NCBI RefSeq assembly: GCF_036321535.1 | Contig: NC_087437.1 | Location: 67,892,001 to 67,956,000, forward strand | DNA: 64,000 bases | Origin: Camelus dromedarius | Taxonomy: Eukaryota | Reading direction: 5' to 3' | Shown here: piece by piece, positions 49,790-63,295 of the stretch | Layout: each line of letters starts with the position of its first letter | How positions within the stretch are numbered: position 1 is the first letter of the stretch | Notes under the pieces: generated by a model | What the model was told of the DNA's origin: nothing | Databases searched by the model: none | The model's input: the letters and a program-made list of their open reading frames with translations, nothing else | Position numbers and translations under genes: made by a program

Positions 49790-51990
49790 AGACTGATTTA
49801 TTTATTCAAGCAATTGTGGAGCATCCAGTGTATGCCAAGACCTCTTCCATGCCTTGAAGATACAAAGATCTTTGACATAATCTACATCTGCCATGAGTTT
49901 TTAGTTTACTGAAAGGCAGACCTTATAAGCTAATAAATAAATGTCAAAAACATTTTTAAGCACACTGATGGAATTGTATAGAGGACACAGTAGTAGTTGT
50001 AAGAGAGGAGTTGTCAATTATACATGGCAATATTGTTTAAAGGGGTGAGTCTTCAATTTAGTTGTCAAAATCAAGATTGCCTGATCAAACAGGAGAATAG
50101 AGAAAAGGAGAAGCAAGTCATTCTCACAGAGAAACTTTCAAAAGCACAGAATAGTGTGGGACCTAAAAAATCAGGTTTAGTAGATCATGGTAAGAGATAA
50201 GTTTACATACAAGTGGCCTTAGACCATGTGGGGCACCATTAAAGTCTCTGATTTTGGAGACTATTATCTGATGGTTTTATTTAGAGAGAATGAAGGATAA
50301 ACTAAAGATATTGCAGGTGGTCTCCTGATGTAATCTAGAAGGGAAATGTAGAAGGCAGGACTACACAGGGTTATTAATAAGAAGGAGAGATGCAAGAGAT
50401 TTATAATGGAGAGAGACAAGAGAAAACTTGGAACTTAATTGGAGATGAGGGACAATGGGGAAGGAAGAAGATAAATTGGTGACATCATTAGTTATGTGGT
50501 TTGGATAATTTAGTGGGTAGTATTGTCAATAATTGAAAAAAGGAATACATGCAGTGGAAAGTGTTGAGAAAGAGTTCTATTTGCTGTATAACAAATTACT
50601 CTTAAATTTGACAGCTTAAAGTAACAAGCCTATATTGTCTCACATTTTCTTTGTGTCAGGAATTTGGGAGCAGCTTAGATGAGTGGTTATGACTCAGGAT
50701 CTTTCATGAGGTTGCTTGAAGAAGTTGGATAGGATTGTGGCCACCTGAAGGTCTGAGGCTAGATGATCTTTTTTGATGATGATGATTCACTTACATGGCT
50801 ACTGGCAGGTGGCTAGTGTCACAGAGGTTTCTCCGTAGGTCTGCTTAAGTGTCCTTGTGACACAATAGTTGGCTTCTCTCAGAGCAGGTGATCCAAGGGA
50901 CATCAAAGAAGATGCCACAATGTGTTTTACGATTCAGCCTCATATGCCACACATGCCATTTCTGCAAAATCCCAGTGGTTACATAGGTCAGCGCAATTTA
51001 ACATGGGAGAGGATGTCAAGAGAGTGTGAACTAGGAGACATGGAACAGTTGGACTGTCTTGGAGGCTGGCCACCACAAGGCATATTGAGTTTAAGTGTCA
51101 GGAAGGAGTAACCTCAGTAGGTAGTAAGCAGTCAGATATAGGGGTCAGGGACACAAGAGAGAGAGTTCAGTCTAATAAAAAGAATGTTTAGAGGGATGGT
51201 AGAGGTAAAACATAACATTCTGGAATGTCTACATTTAAATGTTCATCAGAGGGAAGCCATGTATTAACAAGGCTGAGAAGGGAGGGGTCAGGGAGTAAAG
51301 AGCGTAGCTGGAAGAGAACAGTTGCCCTGAAATTTAAAGTGGTGAGTTTCGCATGGTGGAAATAAAGTGAGGAAGAATACACTGGATTTGGTAATTATGA
51401 CATAATCTATGACCTTTACCAGTGATGGGAAAGAAGTAGAAAACAAAAGACACAGAATACAATTTTCATATAGGGAAATAGTAGGGTCAGTAAGTAGCAA
51501 CGATATTTTGAGGGACTTGGCTAAGAAGGAGAAGAAGGATCTACATCAGAAAGGGGAACTGCGGAGAGAATCATGTGCGTGATGGGAGGATACTGAGGTT
51601 TTAGGAAGAGGAAGACTGAACATTTAGGAACTAGAAAAGGTAACCGAAAGAGCAGGGTCCCAGAAGAGAAAGGAGATTTTCACAGCGAGGATCCCGGTGG
51701 AAACTTACTGAACATTTACAATAAAGTTTCCTTTTCCTCAGAGGTGATTGTCTGCAAAAATAGGAACTAGTTGAGATTGTTCATGCTGGTGATAACAGTT
51801 TTCTCTGAAAAGTATGAGTTCTTCTAAAAATGCGGTTTAGGGCGGAAGGGATGTGGAGGACATAGGAAAGTCGGTAATTTAGAATAGCCTTGTGAGAGTG
51901 AAAATGGGTGACCACACCAGGATGGGAGAGCACGCAAGGGGCTCCACTGAGATTGAAGATCATAAATTTTTGGTGGCACCAATGGGTACT
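49790..51990 (-). mobile_element. L2, interrupted by an MLT1 LTR
   Basis: atttatttattcaagcaatt tail, cactggatttggtaatta...tgacctt, long purine-rich L2-antisense tract. Confidence 0.65.
50562..51077 (-). mobile_element. MLT1F/G/H-like LTR, near full length
   Basis: ttgctgtataacaaattac, gtcaggaatttgggagcagcttag, terminal ttggaggctggccaccaca. Confidence 0.85.
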
Positions 51991-52029
51991 TTTGAACTCT
52001 AAAATACGGAGCTTAGAAAACTAGGTAAG

Positions 52030-52262
52030 AGAGAGGCCATGTTGTTTTGTGGTTAAAACAGACTGTGGAACTGGGTTCCCTGAGTTTAGATGCAGTTCTG
52101 CTACTTAAACCTCTCTGGGGCTCTTTCCTCAGTTATAAAAAGGGGGTAATAATAGTATTTACCTAAAAGAGTTGCTGTGGGGATTAAACAGACTAATATA
52201 TGTAAAACACTGAGAAAATCAAACAGTACATGGTGAATACTCAATAAAAAGTAGTTATTTTA
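52030..52262 (+). mobile_element. MIR
   Basis: gtggttaaaac...acttaaacctctctg...taataatagtatttacct...ctcaataaa. Confidence 0.85.
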
Positions 52263-53994
52263 TAAGAGTTGTTGTATTTTGTCTGTCTTGAAACAAAATT
52301 ACCTGCAAATATTTGTCTCTATTATTTTAATAAACAGGATAGTTTAGCTTCAAGCATTTTTAGAAACAAGCTTGAAATATAATAAATGAATTCTCTTGGA
52401 AGATGAGTAACCTGATTTTATAGATCAAGGTGTTTTGTGTAAGTGCTGAAAGGAAATGCAGTAACTAATCAATAAGTAAACAACTAAACCCACCACGTGA
52501 TTCAAGATAGTATATAGATAACCAGTAAAAAACCTCCTCTCTGCTTCTTTACTTGCCCTTGCTTTTTGTAATGGTTTGTCCAGATAAAATGTCCAGACTC
52601 CAGATCATTATGACTATTATCCTGTACCTACTCATTCACACCGCCCCCCAAATCTGTTAAAATTAGTATTTTACAAAAATACGTTTTCTTAATGAAGATC
52701 CTTCTATTAACTCCAGGGGGTTTTGCATCCTTAGATTAAACATCAATATGTACATCAGTTTGTACATCAATTTAATATAATGCTCAGAAAAATGCCTTTT
52801 TGCAGTTGTCTTTCAATCCACTGGAAAGTTCTGGAAAAGCTTTATGACGTGTTAGAAGTACGCGTACTAAAACTAGGCTTTAGCATTTCATGCCAGTGTT
52901 TTCCTTCATGGCTGTGGCCAGAAGGGAATTTATTTGCATTTATTTATTGTGATAGAAAAAGATTTTCTGGATTGATAAACTTTCATGGAATGTAGTCGTT
53001 GGCACAAATGCAGTCTAGAACGTTATAGAAAGATTACAGAAAGATTTCCAGAATGGAGTATGATTGGTGTAGCAGATAGTACATCACAGTGTTTGTAAGA
53101 ACAGGGTCCTATCTTCTGTGTGAAATAGATTACAACACTATACTTCATTTTGGACTCATCTGGGCGTTAGATTTTGCCTTGATGATCAATTTTCTTATCA
53201 TTTTCTCCTAGAAATGAAGCATAAAATATGAGGAAATTAACAGCTGATTTCAGTAAGTGATTTTGAAGATCCACTAATCAAACCTACTTTTAAAAAATAA
53301 GTCAGAAATATTAAAAAGAATCACTTTCATGTGAAGGCAGTTTTTACATGTGAAACTACTTGATTATGTAGTTCATTTTCTGTGTATATCAGTTGAAACT
53401 GTAGAGAACGTTAGAGATCAGCTAAACCTTAAAAATGAAAAGGTAACTCCAGGGTGGGAAAGTAGTTACAGAAGATCACAGGTAATTGTTTACATAATCC
53501 AGGTTCATTATTATAGGATGTACATTTATGTCAAATAACATGCAGACATTAAAATGTTTCAGTCAGTCATTAAAAAAAGAAATTGATGCCATGCCTCTCC
53601 CCTGCTGTTGAAGTGAGACTGCTCTCAGCTTCTTACAGTGTGATCTCCAGGCTAGATAAGTGTTCTTGGTGCATATCTGCATTTTGGAGGGAGCACTGTG
53701 GATGTACCTGCTTTCCCACAATGCACTGTACTTGGTGCATCACTGCACTTTTAATGGCTTGCATTGATCTCTTGATTCTGCGGTTAATTAAGATGTATTT
53801 TGCAGCACATCCCACAAGTTCCAAGGCTCAGAGGATTAGTCGATAGTTTTCTGCAGCTCTGCCATTAGCAGGGCAAACTGTCTTAAAGACATAGTCTGCT
53901 TTTTCTAGTGTGTGCATTTTCTTACATTTTAGGAGATTTGATGCCCAGCCCTGGTGGTCAGAGAGGGCGAGAGATGGGCAGCTGAGATAAGGTA

Positions 53995-54200
53995 GAAGCA
54001 AGGGGCCTAGGGCTCTAATTCCAGATCAAGCACCACACACTAGGGAAACTTGGGCAGAATTAATCTGTCTGAACCTGTATCTTCATTTACATAAAGAAGA
54101 CAACATCTCTTGTTATCAACATCATAGTATTGTGTTCAGCATCAGATTTATTACGGGAAGAGGAAGTATTTTGAAGCCTCTAAAGCATTGTAAATGAGCT
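53995..54200 (+). mobile_element. MIR
   Basis: cttgggcagaattaatctgtctgaacctgtatcttcatttacataa. Confidence 0.55.
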
Positions 54201-56167
54201 TTGGAATAGGCATGACTTAAAAAATGAACATACTACTTTAAAATACTTAGAGGAAGAGCATGAGGCACATGTTGAGAAGGGGAAGGAAGAAGTGAGAAGG
54301 TAATGATTGAAGTCAGAGGCGTGTGAGGGAGACAGTACGGTGGAGTGAGAGAGGGGAAAGCTGTGGTTTTACAGGAAAATAAAAGAGGGTTGCAGGTAGG
54401 GGAATAGAAATAAAGAGGCAGGATAGTGAGAGCCTCAGGTGAAACAAGAGGGAGTGTTTACCTTTAACAAGTCCAGTCCATTTGGACTATGGTGCTGCCT
54501 AAATTCTAGCTATTTCTATGCCAAAGAACTACTAACGCCTGTAGTTGATAATGTAGGTTCACAGGGATCATGTTGAAGGCTTGGCAGAATGAATACGTCC
54601 TTACTTTTCCAAAAGCTCTCGTTGGCTTGACTGCAGCAGACTCAAGGCTGTTATCTTAGTGGGTTGTGCAGATCTCATGGCCATAACTCTTGCAGCAGCA
54701 CAAGCTCAGCCAGTAGTGTTATCACCATAAACCTCCAGAGGATCTGGCACATGGTGCTTACCATTACCGCATTGTTCTACTACTGTATCTGTGCGTCCCT
54801 GGAGAAGGGCACCTCTGTGGTCACCAGGAGCTGAATTATTGCACATAGATTGAAGAAAAAGGACAAAGAAGTTTGGATAAGTTGCAAAGGAAATATTTGG
54901 TTATTCAAGAGATAGCCTATGCAATGAAATAGACGCACTATTTGTTTTCAATATGTAAGCGTAACAGAAAGAAAAAGAACCATTGACTTACTTTACTGCC
55001 CTCATCTGAGATATTTCAGAGAGGCAAGGGAAATTCACATACAACTAGCTGTGTAGGTGAGGCCCAAGATGTATATGAGAATGGATTGTGTATACAGTTT
55101 GTGTATATATATCCCTAGTATCAAAGCTAAAGCACTTAATAGTGAAAGTGGGATGAAACTGGGGTCTAGGTTCAGATAACTATTAGTTAAATTTGTCCAC
55201 AGGTTCCTAAAATTATGTAAAGGATTAAATGTCAGGGTAATTATTTTAAGTGAATACAGTCCATATTGGGGAAATGCATGGTTTTTTTTTCATTTTCTGC
55301 CTTTGCCCTCAAGTAAATGAAGAAATCACATGGCTTTATAAAGACTCTAATTTCTTCAATGTGATTTCACACCCATGGTAGTTACTGAGGGAACCTGCAT
55401 TAATGATGACTTTAGGATTCACTTACGAGTATCACGCATCCACTATTGAGATTACCCTATTTGCTGATACAGTCTAAATAAACTCTTCAGAATCACATGT
55501 GGAAAATCCCAAATGTCTGTCAGCAAAACGAATGCTGAGTAGTTTACCCCTCTGTTAAGGATTCATTTATCCCTTCTCCCAAATGATTTTGCAAAAGGGC
55601 ATTAAATCTTTGTTGCCTAAATTCCAGCAGAATGCAATTCAGGGATAAATTCTAAATAGAGGGATAGAGTAAACTAGTTTTTATTACTACACATGTCTTC
55701 TGAAGCACAGTAGATACTTAGAATTGCTTAAGTTTTAAAGATTTGTGAACAACTCAAAGGCTGATTTCAATAAATAATTTATAACTTTGCCAAGACTAGG
55801 AGTTGAAGCACATGCTGGGAGTGAGATACATGGAAGTCCATCACTGGCCCATCACCTAGGACCACACTTCTGCATGAATTCATGGTCCCCCATTATTTCC
55901 ACAGATTCCATTAAGGGTCTGAAAGGGTCACTTTACATTTTATGGGGAAAACAGTAAAATATTTGAGAGTTTAGAAATTAGAGGAGGTCTCAGAGGTACC
56001 TTGTGAGAAGATCAGAGGTGGAAAAAATTTTTTTAAGCACAATTCATTATCCTTACCTCAACTCCCAGGTATTTCTGCATAGGACTTAAGCTGGAGTACC
56101 AAATAGATGTTAAATAATAACTTCTTTAGTATGTAAGTAGAAAAGCTGGCATTTAAATCTATGTCTG

Positions 56168-56485
56168 GAAAATGAAACAAATGAACTTATTTACAAAACA
56201 GAAGCAGACTCCCAGATACAGAAAATAAAATTGTGGTTACTAGGGGAGAAAAAGGGGGTGGAGGGATAGATTAGGAGTTTGGGATTTGCAGATACTAACT
56301 ATGTACAAAATAGAGAAACAGCAATGGCCTACTAAATAGCACAGAGAACTATATTCAATACCTTGTAATAGCCTATAATGAAAAAGAATATGAAAAGAAA
56401 AAAATACATATATAACTGAATCACTATGCTGTACACCAGAAATTAACACAACATTGTAAACCAACTATACTTCAATTTAAAAAAA
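56168..56485 (+). mobile_element. 5'-truncated L1 3' end inserted into a MIR
   Basis: aatgaacttatttacaaaacagaa...ctgaatcactatgctgtacaccagaaa...poly-A. TSD aaatctatgtctg (56155-56167) / aaatcaatgtctg (56486-56498). Confidence 0.92.
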
Positions 56486-57989
56486 AAATCAATGTCTGAT
56501 TTCCAAATCCCATAGATCCTGTTACACTGTGTGTATCAATTTTTCCACACTCAGTTCTGCAGGAGTTTGCTTCTCTTCAAGCTCAAGTTCTAAGACTGTT
56601 TATCTCTCTATATCCAGAGCTCCAGAGGCCTTAGTGAAAAAGTATTTAGCCACTTCAAGAATTATCCCTTCTTTCTCCATGAAAACATGGTGCCATCTTG
56701 GGATAGAATTCCTGGTAAAAGGTGAGGAAAAGCCAGGACTTTTGGGTGCTAGTCTTCTTTTAATTCTCACAGATTAGACAGTTTTTCTAAACCTAAGACT
56801 TTTGTTCTTGGGGAGTCAGTGTTGGCTTTCTGGAGTATTCTGAATCTTGCTTTTGTGGAAGTAGAGCCTTGGCTCACTATTAAAAACACACTTTCTCGAG
56901 AGAAGCTATGTATCTCCCAAATCCCAGAGGCTTCTCTACACTTAGACTGAGAAAGAAGCTGCTAATGGGGTTTAAAAGGTTATCTTCACTAATGAAGAAT
57001 AAATTTTAAGTGAATGGCCTTCCTTCAAAGCAGGAGCATTCAGAATGGGCATGTGTTAAAATGAAAGACACATTAGTCTTCAGGATGTTTTACTAGTGTG
57101 TTTTCCCCTTTTCTGCTCATAACGCCTGCCACCTCAGAATCCTCTCTGGAACCCGATTAGACTTGAGAGCCTTCGTAAAGTTTGAAGTTGAGCTCAGATC
57201 AATTTCCTGCAACTTTTCTGCCACGTTAAATCATTTATTGGGATGAATGTTTTACAAAGCCAGTCAGGGGAGAACTCATGAAAAATAAATATGATAAAAT
57301 TCACTACGCTGTCTGGCAGCAATCTTTAAGGCTTCATTGCATTTAAACTCTTCATGGCATTGAAACAGTTAGGACACTTCTCATTTGGATTCACTGTGGC
57401 CAGTTGAACTCAATTAATATGTGGTTCCACTGAGGCCAAGAGTATGCATTTTATTTCTTCATGTATCATTTGATTGACTATTTCGTAGCCACAGAGTTCT
57501 TGGTCTGATCCGAGTAACGACATGGGAAGTCCGTCATCACAATAGGGTGTGAGCCAGACAAGGTGGATGGATCCAATTTTACTCATTTGTACTGAAAACA
57601 AAACAAGCAAAGAAAGGACAGCAGAGAAAAGTACCTTAATTTATAGGTCATTAAGTCTTCTTTCTAAGAAGTATGGACAGTATAAACTACACATTATAGA
57701 GTTTCAGATTTAAAAGTTCTTTGAAAATTTTATATCTTTTATCAGTAGGCAAAGTTAGAAGAATTGGTTTTCTAATAATGAAGCTACTTTGTAATTGAGT
57801 ATTTTAGTTATATCCCCTTGACTGATAGAGTGGCTTAGTAACCATTACAGAGACAAACAACAGTAATAGTAAAAGTGACAACTTTGGTCTCCTATGGTAT
57901 CAATCCAATCTATCAATCCAATTCCTCTTACCTTTGTTAGAAACTCCCACATTCTTGTATTAGAAGATGGAATGAGGGATGAAGGAAAA

Positions 57990-58180
57990 AAAATACATGC
58001 CCCTAGTATGTATCAGATACATCCCATAATGTCATTTAGTTTAATCCTTATGACTACCTGTAAAAATGGTAGAACTATTTCCATCTTACTTAAAGAGAAA
58101 CTGAGACTAAATAATATGCTTGAGGTCATTTAATAAGTGAAGAGTGAACCATGCCTTAAATCACATATGTCTGAAATCTG
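57990..58180 (-). mobile_element. MIR
   Basis: tcatttagtttaatcctta...agagaaactgagact...gcttgaggtca. Confidence 0.7.
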
Positions 58181-59059
58181 CAAACTAATTTAGATGAGGT
58201 CTTAAAGACATTCCAAGTCTAGACAGGTAGAGATAAAAAACTGGAAATGTGTCTTAAGTAGAGAAAAGCATACTTGTTGTCTTAGAGAAACATGCAGGAT
58301 CGGAAACAACTGGAGTAACATTACAGAATGGAGAAGAACTCTGATCATCAGATATTGTACCAGACGAATGTAAATTAGAGGGAAAACCTAAATTTTCCTT
58401 ACAGATGACACCCTTTCATGGTTGTACCGTCTTGACTGGTTCTTGATTAAATCTCTCCAGAACTCTCCTTTGGGAATTTGTGCAGATACTCTGGTATGTC
58501 TTTTGTCAAGAGGAAGAATTCAGAATGTTTCTGATTGTCACTTCATTCCCAGAAGCATTTAGTAGATTGAATTAATAATTCTTTTCTATACCTCCACTCC
58601 ATCACTCAACCCAGTCTGTCTGCTCTACTGCTGTATATTAACCTAAGGAGAGCTTTGCATTCAGCAAACCACTGTTCGATTCAAGAATATCAATGGTTCA
58701 GTCAGATTTTCAAGGTTTTCAAAAATATGTCCATGCTTCAGCTGTCCAACTAAATTTCCAAGTCCTCCCCTGTCCATTATACCCTTTGCTGCAGCCACCC
58801 TCTTAACATTTACATCAGGTACAACCCCACCATCCACCTTAACTGAAGTGCTTTTGCTGTTTTGAAATTTCTTTTCTATTACATATCTGAGTCAAGTTAT
58901 TTAAAAATATATTAATATTTAGAAAACATAGGGAAGCAGAAAGAAATTATTAGTAATGATTCCCATAATCTCAAAAAACAGATAACATCTGCAAGGCTTT
59001 CTCGTCATTTCTGTTTGCATGAAATGCCTTTTCCCATCCTCTCAGTTTCATCCTCTCAC

Positions 59060-62037
59060 TGCCTTTAGCTCTGAAGTAAGTCTCTTGTAGGCAGTAGATG
59101 AGTATTGTTTTTGAATACAATCAGTCGCCCTGGGCCTTTTGATGGAAGCACTTATTCCATTGACATTTAAAGTAATTATTGATAGGTATGTACTTATTTC
59201 CATTTTATTACTCATTTCTTTTTTGTATTTCTTTGTTCATTTCTTCTTTTTGTTTCTTCCCTTGTGGTTTGATGATTTGCTTTATTAATATGATTGTTTT
59301 CCTTTCTTTTTAGTTTTTGTGTATTGTAATTTTTTAATTCGTGGTTACCATGGGGTTCATATATGTTGACCTATAACTGTATCTACTTGTTTTAAATTGA
59401 ATCATTTAGGTTCAAACATATTTTAATCTACATTTTTTACTCCTCTCCACATTTTGTTTTTTTGATGTCATGTTTTACACCTTCATGTTTATCCCTAACT
59501 ATTTATTGTTGTTTGAGTTGCTTTTACAGTTTTTTGTCTTTTAATCTTCATTCTGGTTTTAATAGATGGTAAATACTAAGTTCTTGTTATGTATTTGACT
59601 TTCCTAGAGGGATATTTCCTTTCCTATGGATTCTTACTTCTTTTCTACTTAGAAAATACCCTTTAACACTTTTAAGGGTAGGTTTAGTATTGATGAACTC
59701 TCTTAATATTTGCTTGTCTGAGAAGTTCTTTATCTCTCCTTATATTATAAATGATAATCTTGCTGGGTAGAATATCTTAGGTTGAAGATTTTTCCCATTC
59801 AGCACTTTGAATACACCACGCCATTCCCTTTTGACTTGCAAAGTTTGTGGAGAAATCACCTGCTAACCTTAGGGGTATTCCCTTATATATGATTTCTTGT
59901 TTTACTCTTCCTGCCTTTAGAATTCATTTTTTATCTTCAAGTGTTGCCATTTTAATTATGGTATGTTTGGTGTAAGTCTATTTGACTTTATCTTGTTTGA
60001 GGCTCTCTGTGCTTCCTGTACCTGGGAATCTGTTTTCTTCTTCAAATTTGGGAAGTTTTCAGCCATAATTTCCTCAAATATGTTTAAAAATTTTTTTGAA
60101 TTAAAATACAGTTGATTTACAGTGCTGTTAGTTTTAGGTATACCTCAGAATGATCCACATATTTTTTAGATTCTCTCCCACTATAGGTTATTATAAGATA
60201 CTGATTATGGTTCCCTGTACTGTACAGTAAATCCTTGTTTATCTGTTTTATGTGTTCAGATACATTTTTGATCCCCTTCTCATTCTCTTCACCTTTTGAG
60301 ACCCCTATAATGTGAATGTTGGTATGCTTAATGTTGTTCTAGAGATCTCTTAAGACTATTTTCATATTTCTTTTAATTTGCTTCCCCCACTCCCATGCTT
60401 CTGATAGGGTGATTTCTATTATTCTGTCTTCTAGAACATGTGTATATTTTTCTGTATCATTTAGTCTGCTCTTCACTCCTTTTAGTGTTTTTATTTATGT
60501 ATTTCAGCTATTGAATTCTTTATTTCTGATTGGGTCTTGTTTATATTTTCTGGCTTGTTAAATTATCGCTGTGTAGGTGTATTGTTTTCCCAAATTCAGT
60601 TAATATACCAATGCTTTGAATTCTTTATCTGGTAGATTGTTTATTTCTGTTTTATTATTTTTTCAGGAGTTTTCTCTTGCTCTTCCAGTTGGGAACAGTT
60701 CCTCTGCCTTTTCATTTTGCTAAACTTTCTGTGCCGCTATGAATTTAGGTGAAAGTTACATACTGCAGCCCGGCAATACTCTTATGTAAAAGTGTCCCTG
60801 TACAGACTTCTCTGCCCAGTGCCTTTGATAGGAGAGCTAGGTTTGACATGGATACAAGTCATGTCTTCCCTCAGGTGGCTCTCAGCTATCTCCTTGGTAG
60901 GGGATGGGGTTGGAGATGGATAGGCTAAAGCTGGAATTCATCGTGAGGCCAGACTTTCACTCTGCTCAGTGGCTGTCACTTCCCTGTCGGGGGTGGGCTC
61001 TGATCCCAAGTTGCTGGAGCAGAAGTCTGATGTTCAGGCCCAGCCTGGCTCTGTACCCATTAAGTGTTTGTTTTCCACTCTCCCTGAACTTGAACCCTGG
61101 CCTCAGAGTGGGGAGTGCTGGAGCAGGAGGGGCTCCTGCGGGCTCTTGGCTCATGTCGGCATAAGACAGAAGGCTGAGTTATCACTGATGTGCTGCTTGC
61201 ACAGGTGCCCACAGTTGTTTCCCTTGCTCCACTCACATACAGTCTCGGGTGCAAGTCCCCTTTGACCCTCACAGCTCATCAGTGCCCACAGCCTTTGTTG
61301 CCCCTGCTGTATTACAGAGCCACACCACAAGGCAGGCAGGGCCTACGTGGACTGTCAGTGTGTGTTAGGAGGTGAGCTGTGGTGCAGCAGCTACCATTAG
61401 AGAGTTGAGCTGTTTCAGGTGTGCAGCTTGATTAATTGCCAACAATGGCTGCTTCCACCAGCCCAGGCTCCGCTCAGGGACTGGCTCGCCTCTGCGTCCC
61501 ATGGTTGAGTTCTCTCTGGTTGTGGCCACCCCAGATCCAGTGCTGCTCTGTCATGTGGAGTGGGTATGGCCTGAGCATTTACTTGGCTCATGCTGGGGCC
61601 CTTGCTGAGTTGGTTGCAGGAAACCTGGCAAGCCAGCATGCACAGCTTCCTCGTGAGCAGAGTCCAGGCTTCTCACTGCCTTCCTGTTAGTCCCACCAGT
61701 CCTCCAACCAGCCAAGCTTGCTTGTCTTCCCTGCATAGGACTCCAGAACTGGGACACCCGATCTGATCTGTGGCTCTTACTGCTCACTCCCTCGGGTGAA
61801 TCTCCACCCACATAATGTCCTGTTCCTCTGAGTCCCCTCTTGGGGGCACAAGTCCCAACCCCATTGCTTTCCTTCCTTTCCTCCTAGATTAAGTGTGTAT
61901 CTTTCTTACAGCCGTGTTCCAGAGTCCTGCCATTTTCTAGTTAGTTTTCAGTGAGAATTGTTCCATGTATAGATTTTTTTTTGATGTGTTTTTTAGGTGA
62001 GGTATGTTTCACTTTCTCTTATTCTGCCATCTTGATC
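59060..62037 (-). mobile_element. L1 5' part: full 5'UTR, decayed ORF1 (~60715-59650), spacer and first ~47 codons of ORF2
   Basis: 5' terminus gatcaagatggcagaa near 62037. ORF2 start near 59203 translates MEISTYLSIITLNVNG (endonuclease N-terminus). Confidence 0.9.
60086..60255 (-). mobile_element. Short L1 3' end nested in ORF1 of the older L1
   Basis: acagttgatttacagtg, ctataggttattataagatactg, gttccctgtactgtacagtaaatccttg. Absent from the paralogous position near 17250. Degenerate TSD tcaaatatgttt / tcagatacattt. Confidence 0.8.
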
Positions 62038-63139
62038 TATCTTCTTTAATTTTATTTTTCTATATTAACTGAGATCTCTTGTGTGCAGTTAAGACATGTT
62101 TTTTGTGTGAGGTTTGATCTTTCACACAATGAATTAGTTCCTCTTTACTATATATCACTTTCATATTAGATAGGAAGCTTACTTCCAAAATGGTTTATTT
62201 TGTGTCAGTGTTTTCATAGGATCATAATTAGAAATTCTGAAGAGATGGTATCTTTCCAGTCAATTACCATAGGATTTGCACAACATTTACTGATGCCCAT
62301 GGCAGGTTCTCAGAGCTGGTTGTTCCAAGTAAGTTAATTTACAGCGAATACTAGTGAGGCTTCACAAACACTGAGTTCCTTTTGCTTTTCTGTACTTTAA
62401 ATACTGAGAGAGTGTTGAGAGCATTGACTAGGGTATAGAAGTTGAAAACTTGATTGATGATACAAACTCATTATCCTCTCTCACTCTATTCCTGTTAATG
62501 AGATGTTTACAGCAAATTTCTAAGAGTTTGTTTCAGAAAGGAAAACAAAAATCTATTAATGAGGGGTTTAATCAAATGTTCCCCTTATCAATTGTTAGTA
62601 AATCATAGCAACTCAAAGCACAGGCTTGCTCATCAGATTTTGAACAAGTCAATGTGCACAGTGGTGCCTGAAGGACTCTGAGAATCACCTTTGACCATAA
62701 CTTTTGGTTAGACTAATTAGCTGTATTATTTTACATGGTAATACCATTTAAAAGATCTTATTTCTTCGCTTACATTTGTTATGCCTTTTGTAACATACAT
62801 GCACTGATATATATTACCCCAAATAAGGGGTTCTTAATAGCATTCTGTGACCACTGAATAGGTAATGCTGTTATTGCCTTTAATAATGAAAGCTCAGAAT
62901 ACCAAATACAGTCTCATACAAAGATCCTTCTTTCTTTACTGATGCATTACACCCAAGAATTTTATATTTATCTTACATAGGTTCAAGAAAAAGACAAAAT
63001 TTTAAACTGTGTTGTTTGATGAATTTATAGAAAACTCCTTAATCATATTAAAAGTAAATTTTCTAACATATATGAAAGAAATAAAATAGATATTTAAAGA
63101 ACATATTAACTCTTCAAAGCATTTTTTCTTCTCAGTGTG

Positions 63140-63295
63140 CTTTTTAATCTTCACAATGATTAGAGTTGGATAAATGTTTTTATTCCCATTGTAAAGATGA
63201 GAAAACCAAAGCAAAGTTAGATTAATTTGCATAATTGTTTTTAACATTTTCTGGGTAGTGGACTAGTCAGAATTTGATTATAGCTGTGACCCCTC
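63140..63295 (-). mobile_element. MIR
   Basis: tttaatcttcacaatg...attcccattgtaaagatgagaaaacc. Confidence 0.7.

Noticed and set aside
53665..53745. Pre-miRNA-like hairpins
   Set aside because: Stems are only 6-7 bp and match no mature miRNA I recall.
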